A stretch of DNA of 64,000 nucleotides from NCBI GenBank assembly GCA_023213395.1, contig CM041465.1, forward strand, positions 182,411,741 to 182,475,740, read 5' to 3'. The position numbers were made by a program, and so were the translations under genes. This stretch comes from Cycas panzhihuaensis (taxonomy: Eukaryota; Plantae; Cycadophyta). Shown in pieces: positions 37,521 through 50,523 of the stretch. A model generated the notes under the pieces. It ran no database searches and was not told the origin of the DNA. It saw only the letters and a list, made by a program, of their open reading frames with translations. Numbering within the stretch: position 1 is the first letter of the stretch; each line of letters starts with the position of its first letter.

Positions 37521-38331
37521 ACAGGCATCCATCATCTGCTGTACAAAGATTTATGTCAGTTGAGACAACTGTCTAAAGGGGTTATTACCCATTTCGCGCC
37601 AGGATGGTTTGGTCATGGTTGTTGGTAGCTTCAATGGTGATTAATACAAGAATAATGAATAAAAAAGAACATAATAATAATGGATTAACAATGATTCCTT
37701 TTGCTAGGATTCAAGGAATGGAATGGGGGTGTCATAACACAAAGATAAATTGCATACCTTGTTTTTAATCCTGTGATCATGGGAACAACACTATGTACTA
37801 GCAGTGGTTCCGTTGTTAGGCTCCAAAGAATGGAATGGAGGTGTCTGGACTAAAAATTTAAGAGACAGACCTTGCTTTTAATCCCATGATCATGCTTGCA
37901 ACCTTTGGTGATGGCTTTCTTTTTTAAGCTTGAATTTCAGATACAAGACAAAATATGAACTTGGAACATTTAATGCGAATATATGAGAACAGACAAGGAA
38001 TTTTCATTTAGTCAAAAGATGCAGGTTTTGACTTCAACATATTATGGTTCTCTGGTCTGTTCATAGTTCGTAGTAGACAGTGAAAGCTAATTGGTGCAGT
38101 TCATCTGATTTTAATGCTGTCTTATGGATTTAGTCTTTGTCTAGAATCTACAATTTATCACTGATACTAGTGTCAACAACACATTGCTTGAAGAGAATGG
38201 GGAAAAATCTCGGATTTATGTTTTGTGTTGCTTTGGTTCCATGCTGTGGCAATTCTGACTTTCATTCTATTTTTTCCCTTCATCAGTCAACTTGTATATT
38301 AATATCAATGTATATGTTGTTTTGGTTGCAG

Positions 38332-38551
38332 ATGTATGCTGCAGTTTGCAGGGCTGCAACACTACTGCAGACTAGATATGTTGCTCCTGGCTTCTGGATT
38401 ACTGGATTAAAGCTTTTTGAAGAGGCTGAGCACTTGGTTAGCAAACCTTCTGAAAAGGATCACATGAAGGCATGCATTACAAGGGCTCTTGAACATTTGG
38501 GAGAGCAGGATGATAGATCAGAGGTCTCAGCACATCCACAGCAGAACTCAA
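38332..38551 (+). CDS. AIP2: Internal coding exon (probably exon 2) of an AIP2-like (ABI3-interacting protein 2) RING E3 ubiquitin ligase
   Basis: Acceptor ttttggttgcag|ATG and donor TCAA|gtgagt. The stop-free peptide MYAAVCRAATLLQTRYVAPGFWITGLKLFEEAEHLVSKPSEKDHMKACITRALEHL matches the recalled AIP2 N-terminal block (FYxVVSRVATVLKTRYTAxGFWxAGLxLFEEAERLVSxxSEKxHLKSC). Phase 0 start, phase 1 end. No other AIP2 exon is recognisable in the window. Confidence 0.9.
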
Positions 38552-39079
38552 GTGAGTTTATGGCTGCTTGTCTGTTATCTTCCATGCTGGCTCTTTGTTT
38601 CATATTTTGTCAAGTGGTTGTGCTTATCTATGTTAGTGGAAACAATAGGCTTCTTTTATCAAGAACTAGGCACATATAAGAGGTTCCAACGTAGAGTATA
38701 TGTAAAGAGAGATCTTTGTGCAATTATATCACTCTGTGGGAGTTAGATGTGTGAGTGTGCTGCAATATGTTAGAACTCTGATAAGTCCCTCCACTTGTTA
38801 GGTAAACATTAGAACTCTGATAAAGAATGAGTTTTATTTGAAGCCATTGTTGTATTTTCTTTGTGGCAAGTTTCTTGTGTTGCCTTTATCCTTCAGTTGT
38901 GAAGCATTTATGCATGTACTGATACTATCTATGATCTAGTAATATGTATAACAATTGTTGATAGAACTCTCTGTTAGCTGTTGGTGGCATGATATGTTAC
39001 TAATTCCTTTCTATGCATAAAATTAAAATTCAGTGTGTGAAAGCTTATAACAAATGATAAATTGAGTTATTACAACAAA

Positions 39080-39420
39080 TTGCTGCAGTTTTTGTGCCTA
39101 TTGGGCTGACCTTCAGAACAACTGTTGCAGTGCCTATTTGGGCCAACCTTCAGAACTGTTGCCGATTTGTTTTTCTTGGCTGGCCTTCAAAATTTATGTT
39201 TATTTGCCCATTTGAGTTGACTTGCAGCAGTGCAGCATGTTTGCAGACTGAGCACAACCTTCAAATGTATGGAAGATTTGCACGGTATTGCCGGGCTTTT
39301 GACTACTGTTGTTTTGCACAATTTCAGTCAACCTTCTAATTTCAGAAGATTTCCAGGTTGGGTCAACCTTCAGCACTGTGGCAGATTTGTGGACTGGACC
39401 AAATTTCTGCACTGCAGCAG
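39080..39420. repeat. Degenerate minisatellite (~33-45 bp units, core GG..ACCTTCAG..CTG)
   Basis: Recurrent GGGCTGACCTTCAGAAC / GGGCCAACCTTCAGAACTG / GGCTGGCCTTCAAA / GGGTCAACCTTCAGCACTG. Confidence 0.55.
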
Positions 39421-39712
39421 ATTTGCTAGCAGCCTTGATACACAGAACTTTATCAATTATAAAACCAAAAATACAAGATGGAACTGACAAGATAAAGTAT
39501 TTGATGCACCAAAATTTCCTCAGAGAGATTTTCTTTATTTCCTTCATAAATGATGAGCATGATAATAGTGCCACAATCTATCCAAGTGATGGAAGCCCTT
39601 TGGAATGGCAAGGGATGACCAGACTTGCTATGTGGCTTTCGATGCTGAAATTTCGAAGAGGCTATTTTTGAAGCATTGTTTAATAAAGGATTTTAAATAA
39701 TATTATTTATAC

Positions 39713-39733
39713 AGAGAGAGAGAGAGGGAGAGA
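39713..39733. repeat. (GA)n microsatellite
   Basis: AGAGAGAGAGAGAGGGAGAGA. Confidence 0.7.
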
Positions 39734-41886
39734 AATCACAATAGATGTCTCATCAATTCCATCTTGCTGAGCTTCATTTGTCCCCGTTGACTGCAATACA
39801 AATACAAGTATTGATAGGACATTCATAAAATAAGATTCTTGGCTATAAGACTTCCATATGAGTAGGCTACCAGTGATCATTGTTGTGGATCACTAATCGC
39901 CAGTCTACTTTTTTTCGAATTACTAGTCTGCCATCAATAGGTTTATGAACTTTAGTCAGCGTTTGGGTTTTCCAATTTATTGGTTTGTGAGAATGGGTTT
40001 GCTGACCTGGGTCAACCTTTAGGTCTGTCACTTGTTGATTATATGTATCATTCACTTATTTTGAGTTTGCTCAATTGAGCTCTGCTATTGTCATTATTGT
40101 TGAAAAATTTAATGTTTACTAGGTTCATAACTTTGAGTTATGAGCCTCCCTCTTTATGAGTTGTACCCTAGGATTTTTTATTAATGTTGTGTTAGAATGA
40201 TGAGTCATTGGGGGTTACTCTACATTACACACAAGTACCACTTTAGGTGATTGCAAATATTCCTTTGTAGTTGTTTACATGCATGCTGATTGTGCATTGA
40301 CGTTTTAATGAGAATGAGATGAATTAAGTATATTTTAGAAACCAATTTTCTGTGTATTTTTTGTCTAGAAATCTTAGTTACAACCTAGTTTGAATGTTTA
40401 CATAGTGCTAGAGCGCGTTAAATGCATGTTTGCACAGGTTTAGGGGCTGGTGTGAACTGTTAGAATTTGTTTTTTAGTCTATCATGTTCATGAGAGTAGA
40501 TTCCTGTTGAATCTTGGTCTAGTTTAGGATCAAGTGAGGAATTTTTTGTGAGCTCAAATTATAGTTTTTTGAGTATATGCATGTTTAAAGTTTCCAATTA
40601 TTTTTCATTGCATGTTATATGCATGTTGTAAGACTTGAATGTTGCAAGTTTACAGACAACAACAACAGTGATGGCAGTAGCTATGTTGCAGAGATACTCC
40701 CCTTAAGGTATGTTTTCTAACATAGACCTCCGAGTACTGCCAGGCAGACCTTAATAATTATTATCTTGAAAGGGAAGACGTTGTAGAATAGGTTGAAGGT
40801 ACCTGTTCACATTCGATTGCCTTTCAAACCTCTTCAAAAACACACAAATCAGCATGTAGAAACCCTTGAAAACACACATGCAAACCTCTAAAATACATGT
40901 GAAAACTGCTACAAATTAAATAAAATAATGCTGCATGGAGAGCTCATTCAATGACCAATTTGGAGAGGGTTCTTTGTGGGCATAAGTGAGCCAGAAGAAA
41001 GGACATTACAATAGGTGGTTTTGAAGGTGAAGCAAGGTCAAGGACTTAGCTGTAGTAGCCATTGAAGTCACCATTGAAATAAAGTGAAACGCCCAACTTT
41101 ATTGAAGAGAGAATGAATGCTACAAAGAGCCACCATTGAAAGCACATGGGTTGCCGAATATCAACACATAACACATGGGCTGCCATAACACATGCTTTCA
41201 ATAGAGATTTATAATCCATCAATAGAGACCCCCAACTACTGGGTTGCTGAAGATAGATGCTGAGAGCTCACGTAGTTCGCCCAATCGACTGGAGATGCCA
41301 TCGGTGAACAAAGGAAAAACGCAATACATAAATCATTGATAACTTGCCCTATACACATGCAAAAATGCATCAAATTGTCATGCATTGATAAATCATAGAG
41401 AAATCAATGCGAAGCTAGTGAAGAAATTGATCAAAATGCTATAATTTTGCAAAAATCAAAGTCAACATCATATTTGTAGGGAATATTCCATTTAAAAGCT
41501 TAGAACAAAAATTATATTTTGTTTTCTAATGAAGTTGCATTAAGTTGCTGTTTATAAAACTTCAAGTTTGTGATGAAGCCCCTACACTTCAGCGTCCAGT
41601 CACGTGGAGTGTGGAGTGCTAAGCCTGTTTCTAGCTCATCTGGCATCCATTTTTCAAAACGACATACACTACACCACTCTATATTTTGAGTACTTTCATT
41701 CTACAGGTCACATGGACCACTTATGTATAATCTTTTGGAAAAAATTGCAAAATACATATATTTAAGTTGATTTTGGCTACCTAGGAATAAATCAAGAAAG
41801 TGATATGGAACATTCTAGTTACTTGTGTGTAGATTGAAGATTTTGAGTACCATATTCAATTTATTTCTGTGCTTTTTTACTATTTT

Positions 41887-42420
41887 TGTTGAGTTGAGCA
41901 TTCGGCTCTAACATGAAATGATGAAGGAAAACAACCTAGGATCTCTTGGAGAGGGAGTATGCTAAGAGAACAAGACGATTAGCATCTCATCAATAGCATT
42001 ATGAGGATAACCAAGCAAGCATAAGCTCAAGCACATGAAAGACAAGAGATATGGAGGAATAGGAATTGTTCCTATCTCCAATAACAAGATTAACTTGTAT
42101 TCAAATGAGTAGCATAACAATACAATACCTCATACTCACATGTGATCTACATGAGAAATGGCCCCCCAATATATAGACAAGGAAGAGGAACCTTAGGGGG
42201 TTGCATGTTTGACACTTGTCAAACATGCATGCCTTGAGCCATGTGCACTTGTGCAAAAGTGCATGAGGGGTACATTGACCCTCAAGTCATAACATGTGTT
42301 CACTAGGAAGAATGTGGGTGCATACTTTATCACATTAGGCGGTAAAACACCTTTACATAAAAGTACATAACATTACAATATAAAGTATAATACTTAACAT
42401 TTAAACATAAAGGTCTAACG
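41887..42420 (-). repeat. Solo LTR related to the A/H family, in the leader of J
   Basis: TSD ATTTT on both sides; TG...CG (decayed CA) termini; colinear with the H LTRs. Confidence 0.88.
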
Positions 42421-44349
42421 ATTTTTAAGTTGTTTTTTGTGTGATATTACACAATGGCTAGTGGGGGTGACATAATGGGTTCTGTAACGTAAAAATTAAC
42501 TAATTTTGATAGCTATGCTACATGGAAGCATCAGATATTTAGATTTCTAATTTACAATAATTTGTGGAAGTATGTAGATAACCTTGTAATGGGTAAAAAT
42601 GCTACTAAAATCATTGTTTTCACAAGAAAGCTTAGGGATGATGCTAATTTTAAAGCTAAATATGAAGTTAAAATGCATATCACTTTGGTTTTCTCAACTT
42701 GTTTATTAATGGAAGTCTCATTGTAAACATAAAAAATGCGCCCCTAAGCAAATGTGAGATATAATCATCAACCTATTCAAAGATAAGGATGATGCAAGAG
42801 CCTTGAAGTCGAGGAGTCAGATATACAAGTCGAAGCTAGCAGGATCGACAATTGACTGTCTGTGGTATGTCAAATCTATTTAGGATCAATTGACAACCAT
42901 TGGAGTGACCATACTTGGTTTAAAAATTATAGCTTGCATCTTGCAGAGTCTACTAGCCACATATGAGAATTTCATAGACACTGATATTTTTAGATAAATT
43001 ATCCACCTTGACATTTAGTTCTTTGGAATTATTATTTTTGGAGCATGAATAGAAGCTGAAGGACTTAAACGAAGAGTCATCTGGAGCACTGGCATTGAGA
43101 TCAAAAGGCAAGAAGCCATATATTTGTAGGAGGAACACTTCCTTTGAATGCAATGTTCAGGAGGAAAAACTCAGAAGTTTGAAAGGACTATATAGGTTGA
43201 AATGCTTTCGTTGTGGAAAGTTGGGGCATATAAAGAAAGACTGATGGGAATGGCAATGACAGTAACAACAACCATAGTGACACCGCCAATAGCAACAGAG
43301 ACAACAACATCCTTCTGGGCAAAGAGGACATGTTACAAATGTAGTAGGGGTTCCACCTGTTGAGATAGCAATGAAACTCTTCGTTGCTGCATATAAAATG
43401 AGGTTTGATGCACATAAAGTTTGGTTCATTGATTCTGGTGCATAAAGACACATGGTTGGAATGGTTTATGAGATGTGGGAAGTCAATCAGAAAGTCACCA
43501 TGAGAGATGATTCAGATCTGGAGGCATTGGAGTTGGAAACATATCCTTTGTCATGCCAAATGGAGAGAGGTAATACTTGGAGAATGTGTGGTATGTGCCT
43601 AATCTGAAGGCCAATCTTATTTCAGTAGGTGAAATTGGACAACAGAACATGACTATAATGTTTGCAGAGGATAGTGCACGATCTGAAACAAACAGAACAA
43701 GGTTGCAGCTAAAGGGATTAGAGATAATAATTCGTATAAACTACAAGGCCATTATGAAGTACAAAGAGCATTCATTTCTATATCTCCAAAACAAAAGCTG
43801 TGACATGAACGATGGGACACTTGAACTGCTTTAGTCTTTAGTTGATGCATGAATTGAGAATGGTGCATGGTCTTCCTAAAATCAATGCTAAAGATTGTAT
43901 GTGTGAATTTTGCATTTTTGGCAAACAACATAGAGAATCCTTTTTGAAGGAGGAGGCATGGAGTTCTAGAGAGAAACTTGGATTATGTCACTCGGATATT
44001 TGTGGACCAATGCTAGTTGTATCGCTTGGAGGAGTGAGGTATTTTATCACTTTCATTGATGACTTTTTGGAAAGTCTAAGTGTTTCTATTGAGGGAGAAA
44101 TCTCAAGCCTTTACTTGTTTCAAATGGTTTAGGGAATTGGTTGAGAATTAAAATGGTCACAAAATAGAAGATTTTGTGAATTGATAATGTTGGAAAATAC
44201 ACTTGAAATGAGTTTAATCAATTTTGCAAGGATCATGGGATCAAGAGGTAGTTTGCTATTGCCTACACACCTCAGTCGAACGGAGTTGTTGAGCGGATGA
44301 AAAGAACCATGGTTGAAAAAGAGGAATCTATTATGAAATGCAAGGATGT

Positions 44350-44756
44350 TGTTAGAGTATAATGTTTAATGTTAAATGTGTCCAAGTAAAATGTGTTATA
44401 GGGTCAGTAGTCATAGTCCAAAGTATTAGGGTCCAAGGGTCATTCATTATTATAATATTATGTGGGAAGATAGAAGCTCATTGGTTAGTTAGTTGGTGTA
44501 ATGTCATTGGCTAGGTTAGAGGTATTTGTCCCACATGCATCACATCTCTTGTATGTTCTCCCACCTATTTTGTATGTAAAGGTGGTTGAGGTAGTGTATG
44601 TAATCAAGTCATCATTAAGACTCATGTTGAGTCTATGATGCATGAATGTTTTGATGTTATCTTATTTGTGTTATGTTAATACAAGCTTTGTTTTGTTTAT
44701 TGATATTGTTGGATGTTGATGTTGGTGATGAATACTTTCCATGTTAACATCTAACA
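44350..44756 (+). repeat. Solo LTR related to the element I family, in the integrase of J
   Basis: TSD GATGT on both sides; TGTTAG...CTAACA termini. Removing it restores the reading MKCKDVANYLWA. Confidence 0.92.
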
Positions 44757-47664
44757 GATGTTGCAAATTATTTATGGGCTAAAGTTATTAACATAGATGC
44801 TTATCTGATTAATAGAAGCACTACGAAGGTTGTTAGAGACAAAATGTCTAAGGAGGCTTGGATAGATAAGAAGCCAACTATTTGCCATTTGAGAGTTTGG
44901 GTGTACAACGTACATGCATACCCCAAAGGAGAAATGATGAAAGTTGGATGAGAAAAGCACCAAATGCATCCTCGTAGGATACACTTAAGAGACCAAAGCG
45001 TCTGAAGTTTACAAGTTGTTGACCAGGAGGGTCCACACAATTTGCATTGTTATCTTCAACGAAGATGATAAGACATATGTGGATTCAATCAATGTTGAGG
45101 AGTAGCCTGAATGTAGTTCTTTAAAGGTCATAGCTCAACTTGAAATTTAACAATTTGACATTGGTGAAATTGCAAAGATGGAATCGTTTGAATTCTGAGA
45201 GCCAAAGCCAGAGCCTAAGACTGAGTCTGAGCCTAAATCTAAAAGAACTCACACACTATCACCTCCATCTTCATAGAAAAATTTACCTTGGCAGTATTTG
45301 AAAACCATGGAGGATGTTGAAAAGTGGTTGCCTAATATAGAGGGCAAGCAAAATGCAACCTTTTGAGTAGGTGAATGTTGCTTTTATGGCATGAGTGTTA
45401 AGTGCAAATGAACCTTCCACTATTGAGGAGGCAATGAAAGAGCAAAAGTGGAATGATGCTATGGAGACTGAAATCTAGGTCGTTAAGAAGAGCCACACAT
45501 AGTACTTGGTTAAATTCTTGTTGGAAAGTATGCAATCTATTGTAAATGGATTTACAGGACCAAATATAAATCAAATGGATCTATAGATAAATACAATGCT
45601 AGACTTATAGTTAAAGGCTTCACATAGCAAGAAGGGATTGACTCCCAAGAAACGTTTGTTTTAGTTGTGAAGACGAATGCTATTTGATTCACTATGGCAA
45701 TAACTGCTCAGTTCAAATGGCATCTTTATCAGATGGATGCGAAAAGTGCATTTTTGAACAAAGATATAACATAAAAAGTTTACATGGAATAGTTGCCTGG
45801 CTTTTTGTAGAAATGTTAGGAGCACTTGGTATGCCAACTTAGAAAGGTCTTATATGGCCTAAAATAGGCTCTAAGAGCTTGGTATGAGAAAATTGATCAG
45901 TACTTTCTTAAAAATGGGTTTGGGAGATCTCTAATTGACTTAAATTTGTACATCAAAGTTTTGGATGGTAAAGTTATATTCGTGGTGTTGTACATTGATG
46001 ACTTGTTGATCATAGGTAATGGCATCGATATGATATCATATTTGTACACAAATTTGAGCCACATCTCCAAGATGACAGATTTGGGAACACTTCACTAAGT
46101 CCTTAGAGTGGAAGTACGCCAAAGGCTTGATCGTGTTTTCATCTTGTAGGCAAAATACACTTGGAACATTCTTTAGAAATTCAGAATGGATGATTGCGAG
46201 TTTGCGTCTATCTCCATGGAGACAAGTTCCAAGTTAACTACAAAAGATGATGGAGCAAATGTTGATGCTACATTGTATATGCAATTGGTTGGTAGTCTAA
46301 TTTATTTGATTATATTTCATTTGTAGTTGGGATAGTGTCTAGGTTTATGATAGAGCCAAAATAGAGTCACTGGAAAGTTGCAAAAAGGATTCTTAAATAC
46401 TAGAAGGGCACATTATAGTATGGATTTGAATTTATACATAACAACAATTTCAAGTTGGAAGGATTCAAAGATTCTGATTGGGTTGGGTGTGTAGAAAGTA
46501 GGAGGTTGACTTCTGGTTACTATTTTAGTTTGGGATCAACTGAGGTGATTTGGAGCAGTAAGAAGCAACCCAACGTTATTCTTTCCTCAACTGAAGTAGA
46601 GTACATGGCTATAGTTGCAACAATTATAGAAGTCATCTAGTTATCGTAGATGTTTGGAGACATGGATTTATATCATCAAGAACCAACTAAGTTGTACTCT
46701 AACAATCAGAGTGCACTTAAGAATGCTAAAAACCTTGTGTTCCACACTCGCACCAAACATATTGAGGTGCACCATCACTTCATTAGATAATTGATCTAGA
46801 ACTAAGTAATCAAGATGGTGTATAGGTCTACAAAGGCACAATTGGTTGACATCTTTACCAAACCACTTGCTCAAGGAAAATTTTAGATGTTTAGGGATGG
46901 TTTAGGTGTTAGAATTAATAATGTAAACATTAAGGTGGGGTGTTGAAGAATTTAATGTTTACTAGGATCATAACTTTGAGTTATGAGTCTCCCCCCTTTA
47001 TGAGTTGTACCCTAGGATTTTTATTATTGTTGTGTTGGAATAGTGAGTCATTGGGGGTTACTCAACATTCCACACAAGTGTCATTTTAGGTGATTGTAAA
47101 TATTCCTTTGTAGTTTATATGCACATTGATTGTGCATTGAAGTTTTAATGAAAATGAGATGAATTAAGTATATTTTAGAAACTAAATTTTTGTGTGTATT
47201 TTTTGTCTATCCATCTCAATTAGATCTTGGTTTGAATGTCAACAATTATTGCCTTCTATCCATCCATCTTTGTTTGTCTTTAGGTCTCATATGTGCCTCT
47301 TATCCTATGAATTTATGATCAAATCAATGCTTATAATTCCATAAATAATTTGAAGCTATCTTTCTTGTCAAAGCAATAAGTTGAATTTTGTGATGATATA
47401 CTTGAGTAGCAACTTATATCCAATTTCTTAAATATTGAGTTTGATGTACAAATCATGGTCTTGGATCTTCAACAATGTTGATTATTTGCTTCAATGGGTC
47501 TTTTGTTGGTTTGGATCATTTGCTATTTGTTCGACTTCACTACACTGATCTACCATGGGTAATAGTTATTAGTCTTCTTTGATGGTTCTTTTGGCTTTAG
47601 ACATCTCTATGCTAGTTTAATCTTGGTTTTGTCTCATATGGGTCTACTATATATGGATTTGCCA

Positions 47665-48470
47665 TGATATGGGTTCTTACAAACTTAATGCATAATTAAT
47701 TAAGTATTAAAAGGTGTATCTGAGGGTCATGTCTTCTCAAAAGGACACTAAAACGTATATAAATATATGCATTGACATTGTAACATTCATCATTTATTTT
47801 TATTAATCTATTATTGATTTTTGGACTATTGGACACTTTAGTGTTTTACCTATGCTCGCGTGTTTTGTCTTGAAATTATGAACGTTGGTTCATAACAAGT
47901 GGTATTAGAGCGGTCAATACTTGACTACGTGGCACCAATACTTTTTCTCTCTAGGTTCATTTCAAGCTTGTCATTTGTATTGGATTTGCGCTCTCTTGCT
48001 TTTAGTTTCCTTCCGTTGCTTGCATTCCTATTACACTTTATCTACTATTTCATTCTCTATTCAAGGGTCTTTGTTTGTTCATTTTTTCCCCCTTACGGTG
48101 TCTCTGTGTAGTCCATTGCATCCTATTTCTACCAACTCTTTTTGTGGTGGTCTTCTCCTACTTGCCTTGTTTTTGGATAATTCTGCATGTTGTGCATCCT
48201 AGAATTTTTGTAGCCATTTACCCTTATTTCCATGTTGATCTCTCTAAGCTTAATCCATTTCGACACCCCTCTCTTACCTTTCATCATTTTCTAGCATGCC
48301 ATGCTCTGTTTCATCCCTGTCAAAACCATTATATCCCTCGTAGTTATGCCAAATAACAAGCTCTGTGCACTTCCACTCCCTCTCTAGCTGCATCGTCTCG
48401 TCTCCATGCTCTATTCCTTGCTTTTCTCATTCTTGTCTTCGCCAAAGGCGTATGTAGTGTCGGGTTTGGC
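47665..48470 (+). mobile_element. Truncated LTR element: short LTR, PBS and leader
   Basis: ...CATAACA at 47897 is followed by PBS TGGTATTAGAGC 47900-47911. Probable LTR start TGATATG at 47665. No partner LTR was found and the right boundary is uncertain. Confidence 0.45.
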
Positions 48471-50467
48471 ATCTCCATTTGGCTTCATATATCACAATGA
48501 ATTTAGTTGTGAATATACAGTCGTGATATACTACAACGAATTTAACCGTGAAATATCACAACAAATTTAGCCATGACATGCCTCTGGATGTTGACAATTG
48601 ATAGCATCATGTGATATACAACCCTAGTTGCTTGTTCTTTGTCCATGATTTGCAACATCTCAGGAGGTGCAAGGGAAGTCAAAATTCACCATAATAAACA
48701 TTTACCATATGTCAAACAAAAGTCAAATAGAGAGTCAAATGATGCCACCAATTGGAGACAGAATTCAAAACAAAAACTAATCAAAACTTTGACTTACAAA
48801 AGAAAATTTAAACTCTATTAAAAACCAATTGAAGTCTTCCCCCTTGTTGAAGAGCCATTATCATATGCGTTTTGGCATGTAGTTGATAACTAAGCAATAA
48901 GGAGCTTAAGTTAATTTATTGTTTTTTCGTTGTAGTTTTGCACCCTTCAGTGCTTGAACTAGAACAAAACTCTATTGGCAACTCAAAATTTGGTGTTATC
49001 AATTTCATTGGGATTCTAACTCGGAGGGCTACAAAATGAACATATTGTGAAAAATGGCCTAATGGCCTTACAATCCCAAGTCTAGAAGCTAGGTTCACTC
49101 TAGTTCTAGAAAGCAACAAATGCTAAACAAGTATGAAACTCTAAGATGAAACATGAGCAAGATAAAGCATGAAAAGAAGGAGCAAGAAAATGATACCAAA
49201 GATGAAGGGTTGGAATTGGTCCAACCTCCAAATGAATAACAGTTTGATTAGCAAACTGTCAGCATAACAATACAGCTCCAACTCTATATGAGAACAATGA
49301 GGAGAGGTCTCATTATATAGAGTGAAAGGAGAGACCTAAGGTACATGCCTTGCATGTAGGACATGTGTCCTTTTAGGGCTCTCAAGTGAGCAAAAGTGCA
49401 TGGGGGTCCATTTGACCCTTTAGTGACAATGTTGTGTCACTAGAAAGAATGTGGGCATGCACTTTATCGCTTAAGTTATAAGTCACCCTTAAAATACAAA
49501 AGTACAAATATTACATGAAAAATAAAGTACATAATCTTAACATGTAAACATAAGGTTTAACACCTCCCCTTACTGTTTACAATGTTAAGTTGGACCCCTA
49601 GACCCTCTAAATTTTACAAATTTTTCTCTACCAAGTGGCTTGGTAAAGATATCTGCTGTTTGCTGTTCTATTGGTTGATATTGAAGGTTGATCTCACCAC
49701 TTTGCACATGCTCTCTGATGAAGTGATGATGAACCTTAATGTGTTTGGTCCTTGCATGAAATACAGGATTCTTGGCCAGCTTGAGGACACTTTGATTATC
49801 GCAATAAATCCTGGTGGGGTGATTCTGCTCAAGTCCAAGTTCCCCAACAATCCGTCGTAGCCAGATAGCTTCACAAGCTGCGGTGACTGTAGCTTTGTAC
49901 TCTGCTTCGGTGGAGGACAAGGTAACATTGGGTTGCTTCTTGCAACTCCACAAAACAACTGCTGAACCAAGGGAAAAATAGTATCCCGAGGTTGATCTCT
50001 TGCTATCCTGGCAACTTGCTCAATCGGAATTTGAGAATTCTTCTAGAGTGAAGTTCTCATCATGTGCATACTCAAGGCCATGTTGCAATGTGCCTTTGAT
50101 GTATTTAAGTATGCGTTTAGCTGCATTCCAATGTTTCTGATTAGGTTGAGATATGTATCGTGAACAAATCCCAACTGCAAATGAAATATCCGGTCGAGTG
50201 TTGGTGAGATAAATGAGGCTACCAATCAACCGCTTCGGAAGAGTGGGATCTGCAGGTGTAACTTCCTCATTGAGAGTAAGCTTAGTTCCATTCTCCATGG
50301 GTGTAGGTGCTGGCTTGCAATCGTGCATCCTGAATCGCTGCAAAATGTCCCAAGAATATTTCGCTTGGGAGATGAAGATATAGCCTGGCTGTTGCCATAC
50401 CTCAAAGCCTAAGAAATAATGGAGAGGTCCAAGATCTGTCATCTCGAAACTTCTCTTCAAGTCATCC

Positions 50468-50523
50468 TGGAGAATGTGTATCATCTTAGTGTCATTGGAG
50501 AATGTGTATCATCTTAGTGTCAT
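50468..50523. repeat. 28-bp tandem duplication that frameshifts the RT of element H
   Basis: TGGAGAATGTGTATCATCTTAGTGTCAT occurs twice. MIHILQ ends one ORF and starts the next. Confidence 0.95.

Larger units (their letters stand above)
40098..47244 (+). mobile_element. Element J: old full-length Copia carrying two nested solo LTRs
   Basis: TSD ATTAT. LTRs 40098-40402 and 46941-47244. Degenerate PBS TAGTGCTAGAGC at 40403; PPT ~46932-46940. Knuckle KCFRCGKLGHI ~43200, protease WFIDSGA ~43420, integrase HSDICGP ~43990, RT/RNase H 45400-46910. Heavily interrupted by stops. Confidence 0.92.

Noticed and set aside
38137-38679. 180-aa ORF as a complete gene
   Set aside because: Only 38332-38551 is AIP2-like and bounded by splice sites. 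The rest is read-through into intron.
40656-40707. Possible additional AIP2 exon (ttacag|...AAG|gtatgt)
   Set aside because: It lies inside the Copia J leader, is 52 bp long (frameshifting), has a weak pyrimidine tract and shows no AIP2 similarity.
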